DNA from: Syntrophales bacterium
GTDB taxonomy: Bacteria > Desulfobacterota > Syntrophia > Syntrophales > UBA2210
Length of the DNA stretch: 64,000 nucleotides
Assembly: GCA_963662405.2 (NCBI GenBank)
Contig: CAXXKT010000001.1
Coordinates: 1,664,001-1,728,000, forward strand
Direction: 5' to 3'
The translations under genes were made by a program, and so were the position numbers. The notes under the pieces were generated by a model. It did no database searches. It was not told the origin of the DNA and saw nothing but the letters and a program-made list of their open reading frames with translations. Position 1 is the stretch's first letter; each line of letters starts with the position of its first letter. This document shows, one piece after another, positions 50,352-60,713 of this stretch.

Positions 50352-51482
50352 ATGATGGAGATACTGTTTATAACCACCATCCTGTCTGTACTTTTCGCGT
50401 ACTTTGGCTACCCGCTCACCCTTGTTGGGCTTTCAAAGGTGAGAAGACGACAAGTGATGACTGCCGATATCACCCCATCTCTTACTGTGATCATCGCTGC
50501 GTACAATGAGGAAACAAAAATCGATGCGAAGCTGGAGAATACCCTGTTGATGGAGTATCCCCGAGACATGAGACAGATCATCGTCGTTTCAGACGGTTCG
50601 ACCGACGGGACGAACGATATCGTCAGAAGATATGCAAAAAGGGGCGTGGAACTCGTCGAGACAGACGGGCGCGTAGGGAAAGAGGAGGCGCAACGGCAGG
50701 CGCTATCCCATGCCCGGGGAGAGATTATCATTTTCACGGATGTGGCGACCATGACCGATTCCCACTGCCTGGAACATATTGTTCGCAACTTTGCGGATGA
50801 AACCGTCGGATGTGTGAGCAGTGAAGACTGTATCATCAAAGACGGGGGCGAAGTCGGAGGTGAGGGAGCGTATGTACGATACGAGATGTGGCTCCGGTCG
50901 ATGGAGTCGCGGGTCGGTTCGATTGTCGGTCTGAGCGGCTCTCTTTTCGCGGTCCGCTCATCTCTGTGCGATGGCTTTTCCGGCAACCAGCAGAGCGATT
51001 TCAGGACGGTCCTCGTTTGCATCCGCCGGGGACTGAGGGGGGTGGCCGATTCTTCAGTGGTCGGGTTTTACCGGGATGTCTCCGACGAATCGGACGAATT
51101 TGATCGGAAGGTGAGAACGGTGGTACGGGCCCTCACCGTCTTTTTCAGAAACGTCGACCTCCTGGCGGTGTGGAGATACGGGACCGCTTCCTATGCACTT
51201 TTTTGCCACAAGCTGATGCGCTGGCTCGTCCCCTGGTTGTTGGCCATCGCTTTTGTATCCAATGCGGTTCTGGCAATCCAATCGCTTGCATATCTCGCCA
51301 TGTTTCTCGCACAACTTGTCTTTTATACGGGTGCGGTGGTGGGGATGGGAAGCTGGGGAAGCAAAAATCCCCTTTTACGGGTAGCTGCGTACTTCGTCAG
51401 GGTGAACCTTTCCATAGCGGTCGCCTGGGTGCGATACCTGAAGGGAGGAAGGATTGTGACATGGGAACCGACGAGGCGATGA
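50352..51482 (+). CDS. GT2 glycosyltransferase
   Basis: IIAAYNEE, VSDGSTDGT, GK..A, YVRYE..LR..ES, HKLMRW. Confidence 0.9.
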   Translation: MMEILFITTILSVLFAYFGYPLTLVGLSKVRRRQVMTADITPSLTVIIAAYNEETKIDAKLENTLLMEYPRDMRQIIVVSDGSTDGTNDIVRRYAKRGVELVETDGRVGKEEAQRQALSHARGEIIIFTDVATMTDSHCLEHIVRNFADETVGCVSSEDCIIKDGGEVGGEGAYVRYEMWLRSMESRVGSIVGLSGSLFAVRSSLCDGFSGNQQSDFRTVLVCIRRGLRGVADSSVVGFYRDVSDESDEFDRKVRTVVRALTVFFRNVDLLAVWRYGTASYALFCHKLMRWLVPWLLAIAFVSNAVLAIQSLAYLAMFLAQLVFYTGAVVGMGSWGSKNPLLRVAAYFVRVNLSIAVAWVRYLKGGRIVTWEPTRR

Positions 51483-51516
51483 ACAGAGCCGGCGGAACCT
51501 TAGACCGACACGTATT

Positions 51517-53247
51517 GTGACCATGAAGATTTTAGTTACTGACGGAGAACAGCGAGCAGCTCTTGCTGTCACGCGATCACTTGGAAAGAGGGGGCATACG
51601 GTTATTGTTTCCTCTGAACATCGACATACGGTATCTTCCTGTTCCAAGTACTCAAAAGGTTCGTTTGTTTATCACAGCCCTGTTTCAGATGAAGGTGCTT
51701 TTGTAGAGGAGGTCAAGAGGATCGTCAAGACTGAAGGGATCGATCTCGTTATTCCCATTTCCGACCTCTCAATGTTTGTCCTGCTTGACCCTCAACACGC
51801 CCTGTCACCGGATGTGATATATCCTTTCCCTTCATACGAACAGTTTTCTTTCGTCAGTGACAAGGTAGAACTGGTGAGGCTCTGCCAGCAGATGAATATC
51901 AATGTGCCCCAGACGATATTCCTCGAGAGCGCCAGTGATCTTGACAGGCAGAAGGATTCGTTAAACTATCCCGTTATCATCAAACCGTATCGGTCGGTCA
52001 TCAAGGTGGCCGGGAGGTGGTTCGGGGGGCGGGTGAAAATGGCCCACAATTATGATGAACTGGCAACCATCTGTGATCATGATATCATATATCGTTTTCC
52101 CTTCATGCTCCAGGAGGTCGTAGCGGGTGAGGGGCGCGGCATATTTACCCTGTATAGAAATGGGAAGCCCGTTGATTGGTTTGCCCACAGAAGGATTCGT
52201 GAAAAACCACCGGAGGGTGGGGTGAGTGTGTTCAGCACCAGTATCAGTCCTCGAGGTACAATGCTCGATGCGGCGAAGAAGGTGCTGGATCGCCTGAAGT
52301 GGCATGGCCCCGCTATGGTGGAATTCAAATATGATACCGCGGCCGACACGTATTACCTGATGGAGATAAACGGGCGATTCTGGGGATCACTGCAACTTGC
52401 GGTGAAGGCGGGAGTGGATTTCCCGTCGTTGTTGCTACGTGATGACGCCGCTGATGATGCCGGGGGGTATCGTGAAGATGTCCGGCTGCGATGGTTCCTG
52501 GGCGATCTGGATCACCATCTTTCACTGTTTCGGCGCCGTCAGGGAATCCAGGAGCGGATTGAGGTAGTGAAGAACTTCCTGCTGTCTTCAAGAGGGGAGG
52601 TGACGTACGACGTCATACAGGCCAATGACATGCGTCCCTTTTGTTATGAGGTTTTCTCCTACGCAACAAACGTTTTCACGGCCATGAAAAATTTGATTAA
52701 CGGTAAAGCAAGAAGATGGAAAAGAACATGGCGGACGTGGTGTCTGCAGAGAATACGGAGGGTCGATCTGTTCCAAAGATTCCTGTTGCAAAAGATGCCG
52801 AAGAAGGTCAAAAGCGTACTGTTCGTCTGCCAGGGGAACATATATCGGAGTTCCTTCGCTGAACATTACACGAGGGCACACATGGGTACGGATCTGATTG
52901 TTGATTCGATTGGTGTGAACACGCTGGATGGTGCCCCGGTGACGATTGGTTCGGAAAAGATGGCCGCGATCCACGGTGTTGATCTTTCGAAACACCGTTT
53001 GAAATCGCGCTCACATATCAAGGGGAAACGGTTCGATGTTGTCTTTGTTATGGAGCGTGATCAGAAAAAAGAGGTCAGGGAGTTTGGGGACGTAATCTTG
53101 GAACTGGGTCTCATGAAGGACGGAAACGATCTGACATATGACATCCCCGATCCCATGGGAAAGACAGAGGTTGAGATGCGGCGGATATACCAAGGGATGT
53201 TAACCCCGTTACACAACGTGCAGAAGATCATCAAACCGGAGAAATGA
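51517..53247 (+). CDS. ATP-grasp ligase fused to a low-molecular-weight protein-tyrosine-phosphatase domain
   Basis: YPVIIKP, LQEVV.GEG, VEFK...LMEINGRFWGSL; C-terminal LFVCQGNIYRS and DIPDP. Confidence 0.85.
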   Translation: MTMKILVTDGEQRAALAVTRSLGKRGHTVIVSSEHRHTVSSCSKYSKGSFVYHSPVSDEGAFVEEVKRIVKTEGIDLVIPISDLSMFVLLDPQHALSPDVIYPFPSYEQFSFVSDKVELVRLCQQMNINVPQTIFLESASDLDRQKDSLNYPVIIKPYRSVIKVAGRWFGGRVKMAHNYDELATICDHDIIYRFPFMLQEVVAGEGRGIFTLYRNGKPVDWFAHRRIREKPPEGGVSVFSTSISPRGTMLDAAKKVLDRLKWHGPAMVEFKYDTAADTYYLMEINGRFWGSLQLAVKAGVDFPSLLLRDDAADDAGGYREDVRLRWFLGDLDHHLSLFRRRQGIQERIEVVKNFLLSSRGEVTYDVIQANDMRPFCYEVFSYATNVFTAMKNLINGKARRWKRTWRTWCLQRIRRVDLFQRFLLQKMPKKVKSVLFVCQGNIYRSSFAEHYTRAHMGTDLIVDSIGVNTLDGAPVTIGSEKMAAIHGVDLSKHRLKSRSHIKGKRFDVVFVMERDQKKEVREFGDVILELGLMKDGNDLTYDIPDPMGKTEVEMRRIYQGMLTPLHNVQKIIKPEK

Positions 53248-54359
53248 TAAATATCCTTTTTATGTTGGAAACGGGAGGACCGGGGGGGGCCGAGACGGTC
53301 CTTTTGAATGTGGTGAGCAATCTGAACAGAAAGGAGTTCAGACCCTATGTTGTCCTGCTGAAGAAAGGCTGGGCCTATGAAAGACTGCAGGAGGTGACAG
53401 GAGATGTGCACGTTATCTCCTCCCGGCGAGGATATGATCTATCGCTGATAGCCAAGATATACAAATTCATCAAAGATAATAGCATACATATTGTAAATTC
53501 TCACCTCAAGGATATGAACGTTTATTCTTCAATCGCGGCCCGTTTGGTGGGAGTGCCGCATGTCGCGGTTGAACATGGGAATGTTCATCTGGGACCCCTC
53601 TCCCTGCAGAAGAAGGTCAAAGTTAAGTTGACAAACACTTTTACGACTCGTTATATCGCGATTTCCCGCTATACTCTGGGCAAACTCAAAAATATTATCG
53701 GGGACGACAGAAAAATCAAGGTCATTTACAACGGCGTACGAGATGGAGTCCTCCAGAGGGCGGTCAGTAAATCCACCCTGGGGTTCGACCGTGAAGATTT
53801 TCTGGTCTTAAACCTGGCGAATCTGTATCCTGTCAAGAACCATAAGTCCCTCATAGCCGTAGCAAAACGGGTTGTCGAGGCAGAACCCGGAACACGGTTC
53901 CTCATAGCGGGACGGGGAGAGATGGAAGGTGAATTGTCTCATATGATTCATGCATTGGGGCTAGACAAGAACGTGATACTGTTAGGGTATCGTTCAGATG
54001 CCGAACGATTTCTTTCTGCCTGTGATGCATATCTGCAGACATCGGTATCGGAAGGGCTGCCCGTATCGGTTATCGAGGCCATGAGCTATGGAAAACCGGT
54101 TGTTGCAACCGATGTGGGAGGTACGGCGGAACTGATAGATAAAATCCTTGTGAAGCCCGATGATGTGGAGACAATAGCAGAAAAGCTGTTAACATTGATT
54201 AGAGATCAAAAGTTCCGGGAAAAACTGGGAGATGAAAATTATCTGAAATATAAGAAGATGTTTACTGTCAGCACGATGGTTTCTGAATATGAACAGTTGT
54301 ATAAATCGCTCGTCAGCGAAGAGACGAGAGCACAATATCAGGGCACGATTAAGGATTGA
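53244..54359 (+). CDS. GT4 glycosyltransferase
   Basis: GGAE, KNH..LI, SEGLP...IEAM..GKPVVATDVGG. Confidence 0.92.
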   Translation: MINILFMLETGGPGGAETVLLNVVSNLNRKEFRPYVVLLKKGWAYERLQEVTGDVHVISSRRGYDLSLIAKIYKFIKDNSIHIVNSHLKDMNVYSSIAARLVGVPHVAVEHGNVHLGPLSLQKKVKVKLTNTFTTRYIAISRYTLGKLKNIIGDDRKIKVIYNGVRDGVLQRAVSKSTLGFDREDFLVLNLANLYPVKNHKSLIAVAKRVVEAEPGTRFLIAGRGEMEGELSHMIHALGLDKNVILLGYRSDAERFLSACDAYLQTSVSEGLPVSVIEAMSYGKPVVATDVGGTAELIDKILVKPDDVETIAEKLLTLIRDQKFREKLGDENYLKYKKMFTVSTMVSEYEQLYKSLVSEETRAQYQGTIKD

Positions 54360-54373
54360 TAGGAGAAAATGAC

Positions 54374-55057
54374 ATGTCCGATATTTTGCGTATCGCCAAA
54401 AATATGTATCATGCGATTATACCTCGATTTGTCCAGGAATCTTCGTTTGTTTACAGACTGAAAAATCTGGTTGGACACAATGTCATCTATGATTCTGACT
54501 ATTACGACCGGCAGGGCGAGGGTGTTGCCCTCCGGAGTGCCGGAGTCATATCAGAATCAATCGTCACCGAGTTTACACCGAACCGGGTTGTAGACGTGGG
54601 GTGTGGTACCGGTGCGCTGCTCGAAGCCCTGCGTGACAGAGGATGCGAAGTATATGGGCTTGAATATTCCAGTGCCGCGCTCAAATACTGCCGTGCTCGG
54701 AAACTCGATGTCATCAAATTTAACATCGAACGGGACACCTTTCGTGACGATCGTGTCTTTGATGTAGCTATCAGCACGGAGGTTGCGGAACATCTGCCTG
54801 AAAAAGAAGCGGACCGTTACATAGACCTGCTGACCCGGTTGTCTGACACGGTCGTATTTACCGCGGCTCCTCCCGGTCAGGGGGGGGGAGGCCATGTTAA
54901 CGAACAGTCTCCGTCATATTGAATATCGAAATACAGGGAACGGGGTTTCGAGCTCGATGAAAAACTGTCAGATCACTGGAAGCAAAACTGGAAGGCAAGT
55001 GCCAGCGTTCAGCATTTTTATTACCATAATGTGATGGTCTTCAGGAAAATTCGGTAA
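54374..55057 (+). pseudogene. Class I SAM methyltransferase with in-frame TGA at 54920-54922
   Basis: VVDVGCGTG, EVAEHL, PGQGG..HVNEQ; the frame continues 44 codons after TGA (ISKYRERGF...NVMVFRKIR*). Confidence 0.78.
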
Positions 55058-55309
55058 ACCGGGACGTGGACGGGCATATGCCGCAGACTCCTTCTGTGCG
55101 ACCACAAAACGGGAAAATGAGATTGAAAGAAATGAAATGGGCTGTACTCATTGAGGAATCATGATGAGGTAGTACGCACTTTGGAGTTTATGTCTGTGGT
55201 CAGGATTTTTTCGCAGAAAGGTGAATATTCTCGCGAATAACGGGTGCGTTAATCTGGCGCGAAAAATATGGCTGATTTGAAATGATAGGTGGATAAAAGG
55301 AGAATAGCG

Positions 55310-56485
55310 ATGGCTAAAAAGAGGATTCTTTTTGTTGAACTAACCCAAGACGGAACTATCGGTGGATCTCATTATTGTTTGCTGTATCTGATTCGAGGAT
55401 TAGATCGATCAAAATATGAGCCGGTAACCGTCTTTTATGAGGACAGCCCTTTGGTTGATGAATTTCGACATGAGGGTGAGACAATCGTCATGAACACTGT
55501 GAAGTATTATTCGAAAGGTGGATTTATCATTAGAAAACCAATAAATTTTGTGTTGCTTCTCGGCTTTATTCTTACATGCTACCGATTTATTCGTAAGAAT
55601 AATATCGACCTGGTCCATCTGAACAATTCTATTGGTGTAGGGTATGACACATGGCTCATCGCCTCTCGTCTGGCGAAGATACCGTGTATCACCCATGACC
55701 GTTCATTTTCGGCATATCCTGTAAATAAATTATTTTTTAGGCTCCTTTTTAAACGGTATGATCGAGTATTAGCTGTGTCAAATGTCATTAGGGACAATAT
55801 TCTGAAATATGGTTTTGACCCACGATTCGTTGTTACCGTCTACGATGGTATTGACGCTGATTCATACAGGAAAAGAGTCACGAAAACGAAAGAAGAAATA
55901 TTCAAAGAATTTAATATGTCTCACAAGACCCCATTGTTGGGATTAGTGGGGAATGTCCGTCAGTGGAAAGGGCAAGAATATTTAATAGATGCATTAAAGA
56001 TCGTACACGATAATCTCATCGATTTTAAATGTTTGCTGATTGGGTCAGTTGCGACAAATACCGACGCTGATGTCCTGTTTAAGGATAGGCTGATCGAAAA
56101 GATTGATAAATATGGTCTTGGTGAAAAGATAATTTTTACGGGATACCGGCCTGATGTCCCGGATTTGATAAACGCTCTGGATATACAAATCAATGCATCC
56201 ATAAAACCCGATCCGTTCCCGCATGTTATTCTTGAAGGGCTATCGCTGGGCAACGTAATAATTGCGACAAATCTTGGGGGCGCAAGGGAAAGTATCGAAG
56301 ACGGAGTGAGCGGGTTTCTTATTTCCCATAATAACCCAAAAGAGTTTGCTGAAAGAATTATGAACGTGCTATCGAATAACGATGTGTCAAATAAGATACA
56401 AGCAGGTGCTACAAACAGGATCCCACTCTTCAGCATAGAGAAAAATGTACATTATACCGAACTGATTTATGATGAATTATTATGA
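55310..56485 (+). CDS. GT4 glycosyltransferase
   Basis: GGS, WKGQ, PDPFPHVILEG....IAT..GG..E; AGGAG RBS before ATG 55310. Confidence 0.9.
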   Translation: MAKKRILFVELTQDGTIGGSHYCLLYLIRGLDRSKYEPVTVFYEDSPLVDEFRHEGETIVMNTVKYYSKGGFIIRKPINFVLLLGFILTCYRFIRKNNIDLVHLNNSIGVGYDTWLIASRLAKIPCITHDRSFSAYPVNKLFFRLLFKRYDRVLAVSNVIRDNILKYGFDPRFVVTVYDGIDADSYRKRVTKTKEEIFKEFNMSHKTPLLGLVGNVRQWKGQEYLIDALKIVHDNLIDFKCLLIGSVATNTDADVLFKDRLIEKIDKYGLGEKIIFTGYRPDVPDLINALDIQINASIKPDPFPHVILEGLSLGNVIIATNLGGARESIEDGVSGFLISHNNPKEFAERIMNVLSNNDVSNKIQAGATNRIPLFSIEKNVHYTELIYDELL

Positions 56486-56590
56486 CAACGTGAGCCGATC
56501 TTTTTTTGCGCGGCGGATGTCTGAATGATAATTACTTTCGCTGGTTATCAATGACATACCCGTCTGGTTCCTGAGAGTGAAGTTGGTTTT

Positions 56591-57559
56591 ATGAAGCAGC
56601 CGTTTATACTCACCAACCATAAAGGACAAGATCGAAGTGAGACGTGGGCTCGTGCTACCGATTATATCGAACATAAACGATATACATCATCCCACTCTCT
56701 CAATTCGTTTATTAATGCATACCGTCTCTTCAGGCGACGTAAACATTATGACGCGGTTGTCCTTGGTGGTTACGCGAGGGAAGACATGTTCTACCTCTTG
56801 ATGCAAAGACTCAGCCCTTTTCTCAGGAGACCCGTTGTAAGAAACGAATGTCTCTGGAATAAGGCGAGGCCGACAATCCATCAATTCAAAAAAATTCTAT
56901 TTCAATTTTTGGACCCTGTGGTCAGTCGATATATCGTGTATGCCAGGAGTGAGATCGATGCGTTCCCCGAGGTGTTTGGTCTTCCTCGGGAGAAATTTCA
57001 ATTTATTCCTTATCATAACACCCTGGGATCCAACAATTTCTCAGTTTGCCGGGGAGAATATCTATTTAGTGGCGGAAATTCAAATAGGGATTATTCCCAG
57101 CTTGCGCAAGCGGTTGATGGTCTTAACCTGAGAGTAGTCATTGCCTGTTCTGACACGAGGTTACTTCAAAACATCGCTTTCCCGGACAACGTCGAATTGG
57201 TCAACGTTCATCGTGACGAATTTAGGCGTTTGATGGCGGAGTCCGGCATCAATGTAGTGGCACTGAGAAAAGGGCTTCTTCGATCGGCGGGACATCAAAC
57301 TTTTTTGAATGCCATGACTATGGGGAAGGCGGTTATAGTTACCGATCCCAAAAGTGCGAGGGATTATATAGAAGACGAGGTTGATGGCATGTTGGTTCCT
57401 CCGGGTGATCCGGTTGCACTGAGAGCAGCCATTCTTAGATTGATGAAAGATCCTGATTTTGCTCTCAAGCTCGGTCAGGCAGCAATGAAAAAAGCGATAA
57501 AATGGGATACCGAAACCCATCTCTCTGCAACGGTTGGTGTGGTAGAATCTATTATGTAG
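56591..57559 (+). CDS. GT4-type glycosyltransferase
   Basis: FSGG.SNRDY, SAG....LNAM.MGKAVIVT, DG.LVPPGD. Confidence 0.85.
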   Translation: MKQPFILTNHKGQDRSETWARATDYIEHKRYTSSHSLNSFINAYRLFRRRKHYDAVVLGGYAREDMFYLLMQRLSPFLRRPVVRNECLWNKARPTIHQFKKILFQFLDPVVSRYIVYARSEIDAFPEVFGLPREKFQFIPYHNTLGSNNFSVCRGEYLFSGGNSNRDYSQLAQAVDGLNLRVVIACSDTRLLQNIAFPDNVELVNVHRDEFRRLMAESGINVVALRKGLLRSAGHQTFLNAMTMGKAVIVTDPKSARDYIEDEVDGMLVPPGDPVALRAAILRLMKDPDFALKLGQAAMKKAIKWDTETHLSATVGVVESIM

Positions 57560-57648
57560 ATACAAGAACTAAAAACAGTTTGTCTTGGTGAGCCACGCAT
57601 CTTCGCGTTGAACCTTATGGATCAAAAAAGTGAACGGAATCTGAGACT

Positions 57649-58890
57649 GTGCAGAATACATCGAACACGACAAACAGTGAAACAGGTTATGAATACTCTA
57701 TGTATACCGGCGTTCGGAATAAAACGGACACTGTTTTATTAGTCGCAAATTATGCTTCTGATGTCGGTTATGCTTGGTGGCTCATGGAGAGTTTTTGGGC
57801 TAAGTTAGCTGATCATTATCATGTAAAGAACCATGTGCTTCTAGCATATCCTGAAATTTCAATGTTACCTGCGTCGATACTCAAAGCACCATTACAAACA
57901 GTCAGACAGGATTTTCATGGTTTAACTTTTAAAGAGATTATGACTCAGTGTTATTTCATTAAGCGTCACCATGTGAGTACAATATATTTTTCTGATCGGG
58001 CTACCGTTTCATGGAAATACCTCTTATATCGAGTTTATGGGGTTAAGCTAATTATCGTGCACGATCATACCCCAGGTATGCGTACGCCTGTTCGTGGACT
58101 TAAGGCTTTTCTTAAGAAAACCATTCATCTCCTGCCGTGGGTTTCTGTAGACGGGGCGATTGGGGCGACTGATTTTGTGCGCCAAAGGTTGATCACGTGT
58201 AATGGGATGCCAGCAAAACGGTGCTATGTGGCACCAAATGGACTTCCACCAATGAATCTTTACCCAGTTCCAGCTGATTTGCACAGGTTATTCAATATTC
58301 CTGCTCAAAGAAAAGTCATGGTTATGACTGGAAGAGCTCATCGTTACAAAGGAATACAGTTTATCTTGGAATGCATATATCAGATGAATAGGGAGGCGAA
58401 ACAACAGTTACATTTTCTTTTTGTCGGTGAAGGTCCAGATCTGGAGCTTTTTGTCAAAACAGCAGACCGATTGGGCGTTTCTGATCAATGTTCTTTTGTA
58501 GGTAACCGCGATGACATTCCATCCTTACTTGAAGGTGCCGATTTTGCCATACATGCTTCCCAAGGTGAAGTCGGTTATTCACTCTCGGTGCTTGAGTATA
58601 TGCGTGCGGGTCTTCCGGTTGTAGTTCCTGACAATCCTTCAGTTTGTGGCGCTACGGTGCATGAATTAACAGGTATGATATATGCGGAAGGCAATATTCT
58701 ATCTGCCATATCCATGATTGACAAGCTTGTATTCGATGAAAATCTGAGAAAAGATTTAGGTGCCAGAGCGCGAAATAAGGCGCAACAATATTCCTTGCAA
58801 GCAACACATGAGGGACTTCTTGGGGCGTTTGAGAAAATTGATCGTAAAAAAATATTAACCAAAGGAGAAGAATCTGTAATTTCTGGGTGA
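57649..58890 (+). CDS. GT4 glycosyltransferase
   Basis: HDH, GRA..YKG, VGEGP, EVGYSLSVLEYM.AGLPVVV. Confidence 0.87.
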   Translation: MQNTSNTTNSETGYEYSMYTGVRNKTDTVLLVANYASDVGYAWWLMESFWAKLADHYHVKNHVLLAYPEISMLPASILKAPLQTVRQDFHGLTFKEIMTQCYFIKRHHVSTIYFSDRATVSWKYLLYRVYGVKLIIVHDHTPGMRTPVRGLKAFLKKTIHLLPWVSVDGAIGATDFVRQRLITCNGMPAKRCYVAPNGLPPMNLYPVPADLHRLFNIPAQRKVMVMTGRAHRYKGIQFILECIYQMNREAKQQLHFLFVGEGPDLELFVKTADRLGVSDQCSFVGNRDDIPSLLEGADFAIHASQGEVGYSLSVLEYMRAGLPVVVPDNPSVCGATVHELTGMIYAEGNILSAISMIDKLVFDENLRKDLGARARNKAQQYSLQATHEGLLGAFEKIDRKKILTKGEESVISG

Positions 58891-59075
58891 GAATTAATAT
58901 GTAGATAATTGGAAAACTATAACTTTTATCACACATTTTCTGTCAAAAATAATTTTCAAGAATGAGCTTGTCGATTTTACAGAGAAAAAGTTGTGGGATT
59001 ATGCAATATGCAATGAACATTCGTGAGGGTGAAGAGATCAAATTCATTGTTTCCAGCAGAGTTTTTTGAGAAACT

Positions 59076-59084
59076 TGGTATAAT
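59076..59084 (+). promoter_or_regulatory. Extended -10 promoter element
   Basis: TG-G-TATAAT upstream of the HNH gene. Confidence 0.45.
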
Positions 59085-59123
59085 GCTAAATAGTTGAGGA
59101 AAAAGAAAGGGATACCCTCAATA

Positions 59124-59579
59124 GTGAAGATTTCTTTTGATGGCAGAAAGGGGCGGGTCAGGTCAAGTGTCCGGCGGGACAGGACAAAAACGCAGAAATC
59201 CGTCGGTGATGTGGTGCGAGAGTTGAAGCAAGGCATGAAGAAACCTCCTGAAGAGGAATACCGAGAACGCTCGCTCTCGATTCACGGGCTCGTATGTGCG
59301 CGGTGTGGAAGGGAATTTGACCATGCCAACAGGCACCTTCTCACCGTTCATCACAAAGACGGCAACCACCACAACAATCCGCCCGATGGAAGTAACTGGG
59401 AGAACCTATGTGTTTACTGCCATGAAGACGTGCACAGTAGGGAGATGTTAGGAGAATATCTAGACGGGACCTCCAGGGGGCGAAATGATGTGATGGTCTA
59501 CGAAGAAGATATCCCCGGAGAATTCGGCTCACTGGGGGCCAAGCTTCAGGAAGCTCTGAAAGGCAAGCGAAAGAAATAG
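59124..59579 (+). CDS. YajD-family HNH endonuclease
   Basis: YRE.SL......CARCGREF...LTVHHKDGNHHNNPPDGSNWENLCVYCH; start uncertain (TTG 59094 or GTG 59124). Confidence 0.88.
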   Translation: MKISFDGRKGRVRSSVRRDRTKTQKSVGDVVRELKQGMKKPPEEEYRERSLSIHGLVCARCGREFDHANRHLLTVHHKDGNHHNNPPDGSNWENLCVYCHEDVHSREMLGEYLDGTSRGRNDVMVYEEDIPGEFGSLGAKLQEALKGKRKK

Positions 59580-59607
59580 TAGAACGGCGGTAATAAACTG
59601 ACCACTT

Positions 59608-60381
59608 TCAGGCAAAATTTTCATTTTTAATGAATATGTCGCCATATGGATACCTCGGTAATCGCTGCTTCAGGTCATCAGGAAACCATTCTAAAAATTG
59701 TTCGAGTGACTTCCACTCAGTCAGATAGAAGGAGGCCGATTCGGCTGGGGTAATATTGATATAGCTTGTCCCCCAATCTAGCAATCTTTCCAGGCATGAT
59801 ACGGTTCTTGCTATCCCCTGTTCGTTGAGGTGAAACTCGAAGGAGATGAGCGGTATCGGTTGTGACAGTCCCTTGAGTACCTCCAGTTCCCATCCTTCCA
59901 CATCAATTTTGCAATAAAACGGGTTTCCAAAGGCCTTGATGGCGGCGTCGAGGGTCACCACGGGTACCTGATAGGTGCCCACTATATTCGCTGTTTTTTG
60001 CCAGTTGCGGTCAAGGCTTGACTTCCCGGAATCCCGGGTGGCGTGCAATGTGGCAATGCTTCCCTCGGATCCCACAGCCGTGTTCACCAGAGTCCAGTTC
60101 TTGCGCTTGCCGCATCGTGCTTTGAGTTCGGGAAGCGCTTCGGGAGAAGGCTCAAATGCTACAACGTGGGCCCCGGCCTTGAGCATCGCTTCCGATTTCT
60201 CTCCGATATTCGCGCCCACGTCAAAACAGAGGGCAGAAGTGGGCAGTAAAGATTTATAGAAGCGTATATCGTTTTTGTAATCTCGGAGTTCATCGGGACG
60301 CAATAAGCGGGAAAGCCATCGGGCCTGACGGTACGTCCCCGTTTTCAGGGAAATATGTTTCACTGTGGTTGATACAGCCAT
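59608..60381 (-). CDS. FkbM-family methyltransferase
   Basis: FDVGANIG, VAFEP, KIDVEGWE..VLKG. Confidence 0.9.
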   Translation of the reverse strand: MAVSTTVKHISLKTGTYRQARWLSRLLRPDELRDYKNDIRFYKSLLPTSALCFDVGANIGEKSEAMLKAGAHVVAFEPSPEALPELKARCGKRKNWTLVNTAVGSEGSIATLHATRDSGKSSLDRNWQKTANIVGTYQVPVVTLDAAIKAFGNPFYCKIDVEGWELEVLKGLSQPIPLISFEFHLNEQGIARTVSCLERLLDWGTSYINITPAESASFYLTEWKSLEQFLEWFPDDLKQRLPRYPYGDIFIKNENFA

Positions 60382-60512
60382 ACAAAACGTTCCTCCAAAA
60401 ACATGGGTCCTTTAGTATCTTCCTCCATTCCCGGCCCTCCTCAAGAAAACACAGACAGAAATAATCTTATGGGGGACACGGTAATGCTCGAAGCGGGTCT
60501 ATGATCTCACCC

Positions 60513-60713
60513 TTATGGGATGAGTATTCCTTTGGGGTCGTTATTTGATTCGGTCTTGTCGCCGACCGAGGTCCCGCAGTAGACGCAGGTGTAATCGTAT
60601 TTGTCCCCGCCAGTCAGCACCAGGAGCAGCCTCTTGCGGACCGGCACGGCCCGCTTGCACCGGGGGCAGTACAGCTCCGTAGCGTCGAAATCTTTGTACG
60701 TCCTTTCCTTCAT
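60513..60713 (-). CDS. Small zinc-ribbon protein
   Basis: CPRC...CVYC; ATGA overlap with the nadE stop. Confidence 0.75.
   Translation of the reverse strand: MKERTYKDFDATELYCPRCKRAVPVRKRLLLVLTGGDKYDYTCVYCGTSVGDKTESNNDPKGILIP

Noticed and set aside
49093..54922. Selenocysteine or genome-wide UGA recoding at the two in-frame TGAs
   Set aside because: No convincing SECIS hairpin, the positions are not Cys-equivalent, and TGA is a normal stop in rplN, secY and folC
55081..55270. Short inverted repeats in the intergenic region (GACCACA/TGTGGTC, TTTTTCGC/GCGAAAAA)
   Set aside because: The arms are short and far apart, compatible with chance
59124..59579. HNH nuclease as a defence or mobile-element gene
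   Set aside because: It matches the widespread chromosomal YajD type and has no defence or mobility genes beside it
60385..60445. Clustered GGA/GGAGG motifs upstream of the FkbM gene as CsrA sites
   Set aside because: No clear hairpin context; cannot be distinguished from an RBS plus purine-rich sequence
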